32,000 nucleotides of DNA. Origin: Phycisphaerales bacterium. GTDB taxonomy: Bacteria; Planctomycetota; Phycisphaerae; Phycisphaerales; UBA1924. Position 1 is the stretch's first letter; each line of letters begins with the position of its first letter. The notes beneath the pieces are model-generated. The model saw only the letters and a list, made by a program, of their open reading frames with translations, was not told the DNA's origin and made no database searches. The translations under genes were made by a program, and so were the position numbers. This document shows, piece by piece, positions 1 through 7,417 of the stretch. The stretch lies in assembly GCA_050730655.1 (NCBI GenBank), contig JBOHNL010000019.1, positions 1-32,000 on the forward strand, written 5' to 3'.

Positions 1-532
1 TCCACACATCGTGCGCCAAGAAGAACAGGAACAACACCGCGACGTACATGAAGTAGCGGTGCACGTTCTGCAGAATCAGCGGGAACGCGCGCTCGCCGAT
101 GTAGCTCTTGCGCGGCTCACCCACCGCGCAGTTCGGCGGATCCGCCCAAAACGCTTTGTAGTACGCGCCGCGGTAGTAGTAACACGTGAAGCGAAATCCG
201 CCCGGCGCCCAGAGGATGAGCAGCGCGGGCGAGAACACGATAAAGCTCGGCCAGATCGACAAGAGCCACTTGGGCGCCTCACCAAACCACGCGTGGCCGG
301 TGTGCATCCCGGGCGGGTCCCAGAGCAGGGGTGAATAGAACGGCGAGAGGTAGTGAGCCCCTCCTCCGTCGTAGGCAAAGTTCTTGCCCTGGAACGCTGC
401 CCACGTCGAATACACGATGAACGCCGACAGCCCAAGGAACGTGAGCAGCGGCTGAACCCACCACGCATCAACGCGCGACGTTTCGCCCAATTTTCGCAGC
501 TGCGGCAGGCGAACATCCATTCCGCGACTCAT
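1..532 (-). CDS. conserved polytopic membrane protein of unknown function, N-terminal part (gene runs off the left edge of the window)
   Basis: Absent from the ORF track because it has no stop inside the window. Manual translation of the minus strand from ATG (532-530) gives MSRGMDVRLPQLRKLGETSRVDAWWVQPLLTFLGLSAFIVYSTWAAF...GGFRFTCYYYRGAYYKAFWADPPNCAVGEPRK...HRYFMYVAVLFLFFLAHDVW. There is no in-frame stop down to position 2. It has hydrophobic helices and normal composition, unlike the Arg-rich listed ORFs 11..334(+) and 76..516(-). Confidence 0.6.
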   Translation of the reverse strand, partial: MSRGMDVRLPQLRKLGETSRVDAWWVQPLLTFLGLSAFIVYSTWAAFQGKNFAYDGGGAHYLSPFYSPLLWDPPGMHTGHAWFGEAPKWLLSIWPSFIVFSPALLILWAPGGFRFTCYYYRGAYYKAFWADPPNCAVGEPRKSYIGERAFPLILQNVHRYFMYVAVLFLFFLAHDVW

Positions 533-682
533 CAATTGGCTCCTGCTCGGGGCGTAGGAAGGTACCGGGGCGTTGCTGGACGGTAGAACACACAAATATA
601 CCCCGTCGACTGCCACGCGCGCAGGGCAGCGATCGGCGCTTTGGGTTGCCGAACCTTACTTTCCTGCTGCCACATTCCGGTG

Positions 683-3601
683 TTAGTGACCGCCGCCGGC
701 TCCGCCTTCGCCCGAAGCCGATGACTTCTCCGGTGCCGGAGCAGTCGAACCTGGCACGGGCTTTACCGTGACCACAATTGCCCGCTCGGGCGAATAGTAC
801 TTCGCGAAGACCTGCTTGACCTGATCGGCGGTCAAAGCCTGATAGGCCGCAGGATCCTCAACGATTTCCTCGAGTTTGAGGCCCCGAAACGTCACCTGAT
901 CCAAGCGCTGCGCCCAGTACGCCGGATCCTGGAGCTGGTCCTTGAAGGTATTCGCATACTGCTTGCGGGCGACGTCCATTTCCTCTTCAGTCGGGCCGTC
1001 CTTCGCGAATTGGGCGTACATCGACGCGAGCTTGTCGACCAGCGGCTGCACCTTGGAAGGCTCGGTCGGCGCACCCGCCGAGACCACTCCGTAGCCCGGA
1101 TAGGTGGTGGCCGCGCGCGACTGCGCGCCGATGCTGTATACAAGCTGCGCATCCTCACGCACTTCCTTCACCATTCGCGTCGAAAGAATACGAGAAGCCA
1201 TCGAGAGCGCCCGAGCATCAGCGCGATCGGTCTGATCAGCCCCGTAGAAGCCGGACATCACAAACGCCAGGGGCGTCGGCGTGTCGATCGTCTTCTCGAT
1301 AATCCGCGGACCTGCCGGCTTCTGAAGCTTTCGCAGCGTCGCGTACGTGCTGGGCGTTACCTTTTCGCGCGCCGGGAGCGAACCGAGGTATCGCTCCGCA
1401 AGCGCCATGGCCTTTTCCTTCGGGAGGTCGCCGACGATGACGACTTCGATCGGTGATTCCTTCACAAGCTTTTCAAGCCACGCCTGCGACCCCGCAAGCG
1501 TGAGCCGATCGATCTGCTCGGGCGTCATCACCTGAGCGCGAACCTCCGAATCCGGATACGGGGCCGATGCCGAAATGCGCATTCCCATCGCCATGGGGTT
1601 CTTGGTCGATTCGGCGAGCGCCTCTTTCGACATGGTCTTGAACTGATCAAACGAAGCCGCTTCGATCTTCGGCTGGGTCAAGAGCAGATAGGCAAGCTGG
1701 AAGCCGGTCTCGAGTTCTTCTGGGCTTCCATTAATGTTGAGCGCGATCGCGTCCGTCGCCACCGCCCCGCCACCACCGCCGCCGCGACCGCCCCGTCCGC
1801 CGCCACCACCGAAGCCGCCGCCACCGCGAACGCTGATCTTTTTGCCGGTCATGATCTCGCGGATGTCGGTTGAGGTCAGTTTTTGCGTCGTCGGCCGGCT
1901 CCAGGCGAGCTGCGCGGCTGAGGTGATCCCGCGGTTGTCGGCATTTTCAAGAAGCTCGCCGCCGATCAGCGCGATCTGGATCGACGCCTGGTTCTTGCGC
2001 TCGTCCATAAACCGGTAGTGAACCCGCACGTTGTTTGAGAGCCAGCCCGACCAGACCTTGCTCGGATCGTTCACGGCAAACTCGGAGAACTTTCCGGGAT
2101 TGGGCAGTTCGCTCATCAACTGCTCGACGTGCGCCGTTTCGGTCTCCTGGGTCGGCTGAACGGTGAACGCTTTCGTGCCGATCGCGAGCAGATCGGCCTC
2201 GCTCGGGACGCCTCCGCTGGTGGGGAGCGTCGCGACAAACGCGACCGCGGTCGGATCGAATTCTTTGGCGAACCGCTTTTCGACTTCCTCTTCGGTGATC
2301 TTCGGCAGAATCTCACGCACCAAATCGAGACGCTGCTTCGGCGACATCGCGGGCTCGCCGGACGAAACCGAACTGTTGAGACGCGTCATCAGGCCCTGCA
2401 TCGGCGTGGTGCTCTCGGTTTCCACGGCGCGCTCGGCGCTGGCGATCATTTCTTTCTTAGCATCCTCGATCTCGCGAGGGGTGAATCCGAACATTCTGCC
2501 CCGCTGCACTTCGAGCGCGATTTCTTCGAGCGATTCCTTCCACTTGCCCGGCTTGGCTCGCGCGTTGGCGTCGGCGGTGTAGATTGCCGTGCCCTGATTG
2601 CCCATCGAAACGCGACCGCTCAGAAAGCTTGTCGCACCCTTCGAGACCTTGTCGCCCAGTCTGCGATTCATCGCGTTCTCGGCGATACCCGCGACCAGTT
2701 CATCGCGATACTGCGGCACGGTCGTGATCGCCGGGCGGCCGGGCTCCAGCCGCACGATCTGGATGTCTTCACTGCGCACTTCCGGATCGCTTGCCACAAT
2801 CGCGAAGCTCTTGTCGTAGGCCTTCACGCCGACATTGACGGGAGTCGGACGCGCCTTCTTGGGAAGCGAGCCGAACTTGTCCTTGATCATCCCAACAATC
2901 TGCGCCGGATCGGTATCCGCCACGACCATCAGCGTCGCGTTCGACGCGCCGTACCACTTGCCGTAGTAATCCTTAAAGTCGGGCTGCTGGACACTGTTGA
3001 TGGTTTCTTCTTTGCCGATCGTGATGCGCTCGCCGTACAGCGAGCCAGGGGCAAGACGTTCGATCACATAAAAACCCGTCCGCTGCCGACCCGAGAGTCC
3101 GCGCCGACGCTCCTCTTGAATGATCTGGCGCTCGTCGTTGATCTCGTTCGGAAGGAGCGAGAGCCGTCCGGTCACGTCCGCGAAGAACGTCAATCCCTTC
3201 CCAAGAGTCTCCGGCTTGGTGTCCGGCAGCGACAACTGAAACGTCGTCTGCTCCATGTTCGTGAACGCGTTCTGGTCGCGACCGAACTGCATCCCCAAGG
3301 ACTGGAAGAACGGCACAAGCGTCCCCGGCGCGAAATTCTCCGAGCCGTTAAATGCCATGTGCTCGAGGTAGTGAGCGATACCGCGCTGCGGATCCGTCTC
3401 GTTCAGCGAACCGGTATGCATATGCACCCACACCACAGCACGCCCCTCCGGCACCGAATGCTTCCGCACGATGTACTTCAGGCCGTTGTCCAGTTGGCCC
3501 GTGACCAGGGCGGGATCAACCGGCAGCGCCTGTCCCGCGGCAGCCGACAGAAAACCAACCAAGCCGACGATCACGCCGGTCGCGCACAGAGCAGATTTCA
3601 T
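683..3601 (-). CDS. secreted two-unit M16 (pitrilysin/insulinase, PqqL-like) zinc metallopeptidase
   Basis: Inverted zinc motif HxxEH (GIAHYLEHMAFNGSENF) near the N-terminus and a downstream conserved Glu region (IIQEERR). The roughly 970 aa length fits a fused active plus inactive M16 pair. Signal peptide MKSALCATGVIVGLVGFLSAAAG. I prefer the ATG at 3601 (GAAGGGA about 8 nt upstream); the longest ORF starts at 3622. Confidence 0.85.
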   Translation of the reverse strand: MKSALCATGVIVGLVGFLSAAAGQALPVDPALVTGQLDNGLKYIVRKHSVPEGRAVVWVHMHTGSLNETDPQRGIAHYLEHMAFNGSENFAPGTLVPFFQSLGMQFGRDQNAFTNMEQTTFQLSLPDTKPETLGKGLTFFADVTGRLSLLPNEINDERQIIQEERRRGLSGRQRTGFYVIERLAPGSLYGERITIGKEETINSVQQPDFKDYYGKWYGASNATLMVVADTDPAQIVGMIKDKFGSLPKKARPTPVNVGVKAYDKSFAIVASDPEVRSEDIQIVRLEPGRPAITTVPQYRDELVAGIAENAMNRRLGDKVSKGATSFLSGRVSMGNQGTAIYTADANARAKPGKWKESLEEIALEVQRGRMFGFTPREIEDAKKEMIASAERAVETESTTPMQGLMTRLNSSVSSGEPAMSPKQRLDLVREILPKITEEEVEKRFAKEFDPTAVAFVATLPTSGGVPSEADLLAIGTKAFTVQPTQETETAHVEQLMSELPNPGKFSEFAVNDPSKVWSGWLSNNVRVHYRFMDERKNQASIQIALIGGELLENADNRGITSAAQLAWSRPTTQKLTSTDIREIMTGKKISVRGGGGFGGGGGRGGRGGGGGGAVATDAIALNINGSPEELETGFQLAYLLLTQPKIEAASFDQFKTMSKEALAESTKNPMAMGMRISASAPYPDSEVRAQVMTPEQIDRLTLAGSQAWLEKLVKESPIEVVIVGDLPKEKAMALAERYLGSLPAREKVTPSTYATLRKLQKPAGPRIIEKTIDTPTPLAFVMSGFYGADQTDRADARALSMASRILSTRMVKEVREDAQLVYSIGAQSRAATTYPGYGVVSAGAPTEPSKVQPLVDKLASMYAQFAKDGPTEEEMDVARKQYANTFKDQLQDPAYWAQRLDQVTFRGLKLEEIVEDPAAYQALTADQVKQVFAKYYSPERAIVVTVKPVPGSTAPAPEKSSASGEGGAGGGH

Positions 3602-3871
3602 GGACGTGTCCCTTCGAAGCATCGTGTGAGGGGTGGAAAGAGCCGAAAGCAGCCCGAACCCGGGCGACTGGGCAGTCTACCAGATAGACCGCTACCGGTT
3701 CCAGATTTCGGATCTCCACAAAATCAGGCCGAAATCGCTTTTCAATCCCGGGATTTTTTCCGAGTGAGCCATACCGAACAGCTCTCGCATTGTTTGTGAA
3801 GATGCGGTATGCTCCGCGACTCACGACCGACAATCCCGCGGCTGTTCTGCCGCCGTTTTGGAGATTTCCCG

Positions 3872-5002
3872 ATGGCCGACCTGAGCGTCACGGTTGATGG
3901 TTTGAAGCTGCCCAACCCGTTTGTGATCGGCTCGGGACCGCCCGGAACGAACGCCAACGTCATCAACAAGGCATTTGAAGAAGGCTGGGGTGCCGTGATC
4001 GCCAAAACGATCAGCCTCGACGCTTCAAAGGTCATCAATGTCGCCCCCCGCTACGCGCGCATGCGCGTTGGCGCCAAAGGCAGCGAAACCATCGTCGGTT
4101 GGCAGAACATCGAACTCATCTCCGATCGCCCGTTCGACACGTGGATCGATGAGTTCAAGGCCGTCAAGCAGAAGTATCCCGACCGCATCCTGATCGCCTC
4201 CATCATGGAGGAATACAACAAGGACGCGTGGTGCGAGATCGTCGAGCGCTGCCAGGATGCGGGCGTTGACGCGTTTGAGCTCAACTTCTCGTGCCCGCAC
4301 GGTCTGCCCGAACGCAAGATGGGCGCCGCGATGGGGCAGGACTGCGAAGTCCTCGGCACCGTCTGCGGCTGGGTGAACGGCGTGAGCAAAAAACCCGTGT
4401 GGGCCAAAATGACGCCCAACATCACGCATATCGAAGAGCCGGCGCGTGCCGCGCTTCGGAATGGATGTGAGGGCATCGCCGCAATCAACACGATCCTTTG
4501 CGTAATGGGCGTCGATTTGAAGACGCTCCGTCCCGAGCCGACGGTCGAGGGCTACACCACGCCGGGCGGATATTCGTGCAAGGCTGTTCGTCCCATCGCG
4601 CTGCGAATGGTGATGGAATGCGCTCGCATGATCAAAGCTGAATTCCCGGGGCGCTCGCTGTCGGCAATCGGCGGCGTCGAGACCGGAGAAGATGCGGCGC
4701 AGTTCATTCTGCTTGGTGGCAGCACCGTGCAGGTCTGCACCGGCGTCATGATCCACGGCTACGGGCTCGCGAAGGAACTTTGCCGCGGATTGTCGGCGTT
4801 TATGGATGCCAAGGGGTTTAAGACGATCGAAGAATTCCGTGGTCATTCGCTGCAGTACTTCACGACGCACCACGATTTGGTTCAGCGGCAGGCTTCCGCG
4901 AAGGCGCTTGAAAAGGCCGCCGCCGAGGGTCGCATCACGAAGGACACGCAGTGGACGGGCGAGAAGTTTGTCGAGCAGTCGAACAAGCTGGTGGCGAACT
5001 GA
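3872..5002 (+). CDS. dihydropyrimidine dehydrogenase-like FMN/pyrimidine-binding subunit (PreA / DPD domain IV-like, class-1 DHODH fold) without a C-terminal ferredoxin domain
   Basis: GLKLPNPFVIGSGPP, NIELISDRP, LNFSCPHG (catalytic Cys loop of DPD/DHOD), AKMTPNIT and IGGVETGEDAAQFILLGGSTVQVCT match the DPD FMN domain from memory. The start is taken at MADLS (3872) rather than the upstream ATG at 3809. No CxxCxxCxxxCP motifs occur in the C-terminal tail. Confidence 0.8.
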   Translation: MADLSVTVDGLKLPNPFVIGSGPPGTNANVINKAFEEGWGAVIAKTISLDASKVINVAPRYARMRVGAKGSETIVGWQNIELISDRPFDTWIDEFKAVKQKYPDRILIASIMEEYNKDAWCEIVERCQDAGVDAFELNFSCPHGLPERKMGAAMGQDCEVLGTVCGWVNGVSKKPVWAKMTPNITHIEEPARAALRNGCEGIAAINTILCVMGVDLKTLRPEPTVEGYTTPGGYSCKAVRPIALRMVMECARMIKAEFPGRSLSAIGGVETGEDAAQFILLGGSTVQVCTGVMIHGYGLAKELCRGLSAFMDAKGFKTIEEFRGHSLQYFTTHHDLVQRQASAKALEKAAAEGRITKDTQWTGEKFVEQSNKLVAN

Positions 5003-5012
5003 AAGACATTTA

Positions 5013-5046
5013 CCACAGAGACACAGAGGCACAGAGAAGAGGAGAG
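5013..5046. repeat. left inverted-repeat arm: (NCACAGAG)x3 plus purine-rich tail
   Basis: CCACAGAG ACACAGAG GCACAGAG AAGAGGAGAG. Its reverse complement CTCTCCTCTTCTCTGTGCCTCTGTGTCTCTGTGG matches 5466-5501 except for an extra TT in the right arm. Confidence 0.9.
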
Positions 5047-5053
5047 ATTTGAA

Positions 5054-5461
5054 ATGCAAGGTGTGGCGGCGCTTTGTCAGCAGCGCAAAAAACCGTCGGC
5101 ACAATTGTCGGAACAGGTCATCGGCGCAGCTATTGAAGTGCACAAGCACCTGGGGCCGGGCCTGATGGAGTCTGTATACGAAGAGTGTCTGTGTCACGAG
5201 TTATCGCTGCTGGGATTGAAACTTGAGAGACAAGTTCCGTTGCCGATTCGTTACAAGGGAGTAAGTCTCGCCCTTGATTACCGGTTGGACCTCGTCGTGG
5301 AATCTGTGCTGCTCATCGCACTAAAAGCCGTCGAAAAGATATCGGCGGTGCACGAGGCACAGTTGCTCACATATTTGCGTCTGAGCGGAATTCGAGTCGG
5401 ACTCCTCATGAATTTCTGCGCTCCAAGCCTGCACGACGGCCTCCGACGTCGAATTCTGTAG
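5054..5461 (+). CDS. GxxExxY protein (PD-(D/E)XK nuclease superfamily, TIGR04256-like)
   Basis: Diagnostic N-terminal block IGAAIEVHKHLGPGLMESVYEECLCHEL contains the GxxExxY signature (G-LM-E-SV-Y). It is followed by YRLDLVVE..LIALKAV, which is PD-(D/E)XK-like (D...E.K). The 135 aa size is typical of the family. Confidence 0.8.
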   Translation: MQGVAALCQQRKKPSAQLSEQVIGAAIEVHKHLGPGLMESVYEECLCHELSLLGLKLERQVPLPIRYKGVSLALDYRLDLVVESVLLIALKAVEKISAVHEAQLLTYLRLSGIRVGLLMNFCAPSLHDGLRRRIL

Positions 5462-5465
5462 CCAA

Positions 5466-5501
5466 CTCTCCTTTCTTCTCTGTGCCTCTGTGTCTCTGTG
5501 G
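5466..5501. repeat. right inverted-repeat arm of the GxxExxY cassette
   Basis: CTCTCCTTTCTTCTCTGTGCCTCTGTGTCTCTGTGG. Its last 27 nt and first 7 nt are an exact reverse complement of the left arm. Confidence 0.9.
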
Positions 5502-5510
5502 TGAACTCTT

Positions 5511-6896
5511 ATGTCCCTACTCATCAAAAACGGCCGCATCATTACTGCCACCGACGACTACACCGCCGACATCTACTGCGCGGGCGACACGATCACGCGG
5601 ATTGAGAAGGGCATCGATCCGAAGTCGAGTGCAGCGGGGACGGAAGTCATCGACGCCGCGGGCAAGTACGTTTTCCCGGGCTTCATCGATCCGCACGTTC
5701 ACATCTACCTGCCGTTTATGGGCACCTACGCCAAGGACACGTGGGAGACAGCTTCCCGCGCAGCACTCCTCGGCGGCACAACCACGCTCATCGAGATGAT
5801 CTGTCCCGGCAAGACCGAGGAGCCGATGGCGGCGTTTGAGACTTGGCTTGGCAAGGCCAATGGCATCAGCGCCTGCGATTTCACGTTTCACATGGGAGTG
5901 ACCCGCTTCGACGACGCCGCCGAGAAGCAATTCCGCGAGATCGTGAAGAAGGGAATCCGCTCGTTCAAGGTCTTCCTCGCGTACAAGGGCGCGCTGGGCG
6001 TGGATGATCGCGAGCTCTATCACGCTCTGAAGCTTGCCAAAGAGCTCGGTGTCGTCGTCACGGCCCACTGCGAGAACGAAACCCTCGTCGATGAACGCCA
6101 GAAGGAGCTCCTCGCGGCCGGCAAGATCGCGCCCGAGTTTCACGAGCCCTCACGCCCCGTGCAGGTAGAAGCAGAAGGTGTGCATCACCTCATGACCTTC
6201 GCCGAACTCACCGGCGCTGAGGTTTACGTCGTTCACACATCCTGCAATGAGGCGGTTCTCGAGGCACAGTGCGCCATCGCCCGGGGCGTCAAGGCTCACA
6301 TCGAGGTCGTGCTCCCCCACCTCGTTGTGGACCATTCCTACACCCAAAAGCCCGGATTCGAAGGCGCGAAGTACGTGATGTCGCCTCCGCTGCGCGACAA
6401 GGCTCAGCTTCCGAAGATGTGGGCCCAGCTCGCATCGCGCGCGATCGCAACGGTCGCGACGGATCATGCTCCGTTTGATTTCGAGGCTCAAAAGTCGATG
6501 GGAAAGGACGCGTTCACAAAGATCCCGAACGGAATTCCCTCCGTTGGCAATCGCGTGGACATCCTGTACACCAACGGCGTGACCACCGGCAAGATCGACC
6601 TGCACACGTTCGTCGATGCTGCCAGCACGCAGGCGGCCCGAATCTTCGGGCTCAAAGGCAAAGGCACGATCGCGGTTGGCGCCGATGCCGATCTCGTCGT
6701 GTACGACCCGGCCTACCGCGGCAAGATCTCCGCGAAGGACAAGACTCATCACCACATGGCGACCGACTACTCGGCCTTCGAGGGCTGGGAACTCAAGGGG
6801 CGCAGCGACACCGTGACCGTCCGTGGCCAGGTCATGGTCAAGGGCGGCGCGTTTGTCGGCAAGATGGGCAGCGGCCGCCTGATTCCACGCGGTTAA
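5511..6896 (+). CDS. dihydropyrimidinase / D-hydantoinase (cyclic amidohydrolase)
   Basis: MSLLIKNGRIIT..., the metal-binding motif GFIDPHVHI, FKVFLAYKG (carboxylated Lys region), VTAHCEN, ATDHAPF and GADADLVVYDP. The 461 aa length fits. Confidence 0.9.
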   Translation: MSLLIKNGRIITATDDYTADIYCAGDTITRIEKGIDPKSSAAGTEVIDAAGKYVFPGFIDPHVHIYLPFMGTYAKDTWETASRAALLGGTTTLIEMICPGKTEEPMAAFETWLGKANGISACDFTFHMGVTRFDDAAEKQFREIVKKGIRSFKVFLAYKGALGVDDRELYHALKLAKELGVVVTAHCENETLVDERQKELLAAGKIAPEFHEPSRPVQVEAEGVHHLMTFAELTGAEVYVVHTSCNEAVLEAQCAIARGVKAHIEVVLPHLVVDHSYTQKPGFEGAKYVMSPPLRDKAQLPKMWAQLASRAIATVATDHAPFDFEAQKSMGKDAFTKIPNGIPSVGNRVDILYTNGVTTGKIDLHTFVDAASTQAARIFGLKGKGTIAVGADADLVVYDPAYRGKISAKDKTHHHMATDYSAFEGWELKGRSDTVTVRGQVMVKGGAFVGKMGSGRLIPRG

Positions 6897-6921
6897 TTCA
6901 CGCGACCGATCGCAATTTCAC

Positions 6922-7317
6922 TCAGAATGCCTTCGCGCCCGCCTCGGCCACGGCCTGATCTTCCTTGCCGAGTCCGCCGCTGACGCCGATCGCGCCGACA
7001 ACCTTCTTGCCATCCTTCAAGGGCACGCCCCCGGCGAAGATCATGATGCGACCGTCATTCGAGCCGTGAATCCCGTAGAACTGCTTTCCGGGCTGGCTTT
7101 CCTTGGCAAGGTCCTTCGTTTCAATATCGAACGCGCGGGCCGTGAAAGCCTTGTTGATCGAGATGTTGATCGACCCGATCCAGGCATCGTCCATGCGCAC
7201 GTGCGCGACGAGATTGCCGCCGGCATCCACCACTGCGATGTTCATCGGGCGTCCGATCGCTTTTGCCTTTTTCTCCGCTGCCGCAATGATCCGCCTCGCC
7301 GCTTCGAGATTCACCAT
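6922..7317 (-). CDS. GlcG/HbpS-like (DUF336) haem-degrading/-binding family protein
   Basis: 131 aa with AVVDAGGNLVAHVRMDDAW...SINISINKAFTARAF...GGVPL...G.VVGAIGVSGG, the typical DUF336 pattern. AAGGAGA lies upstream of the ATG. Confidence 0.8.
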   Translation of the reverse strand: MVNLEAARRIIAAAEKKAKAIGRPMNIAVVDAGGNLVAHVRMDDAWIGSINISINKAFTARAFDIETKDLAKESQPGKQFYGIHGSNDGRIMIFAGGVPLKDGKKVVGAIGVSGGLGKEDQAVAEAGAKAF

Positions 7318-7417
7318 GATCGTCTCCTTTCACCGCCGCGCGAAGCGCGAGCGGAGTTCAAGTTCTGAGCGCAAGTCGTGCAACTCTTCAATGTCGCGGC
7401 AGTGTAGACGCGAGCCG

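Larger units (their letters stand above)
5013..5501 (+). mobile_element. inverted-repeat-bounded single-gene cassette carrying a GxxExxY protein gene (putative selfish/mobile insertion)
   Basis: A 34-nt left arm and a 36-nt right arm are reverse complements apart from a 2-nt indel. They enclose one small ORF that looks more A/T-rich than its neighbours. The cassette lies in the short spacer between two functionally linked genes. No transposase or integrase is present, and I saw no target-site duplication. Confidence 0.5.

Noticed and set aside
11-516. Track ORFs 11..334(+), 76..516(-) and 279..464(-) at the left edge.
   Set aside because: They are Arg-rich with no features. The third minus-strand frame (open from 532 to the window edge) encodes a plausible multi-TM protein and is preferred.
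2129-3799. Very long alternative-frame or antisense ORFs in the track: 2129..3799(+), 4025..5197(-), 7103..8302(+), 9266..10450(+), 10742..12154(+), 14285..15535(+), 16722..17468(-), 19535..20848(+), 21334..22683(+), 25162..26337(+), and many shorter ones.
   Set aside because: All overlap genes with clear family signatures on the other strand or frame. Their translations are Arg/His/Pro/Gly-rich with no motifs, the usual shadow ORFs of G+C-rich DNA where stop codons are rare.
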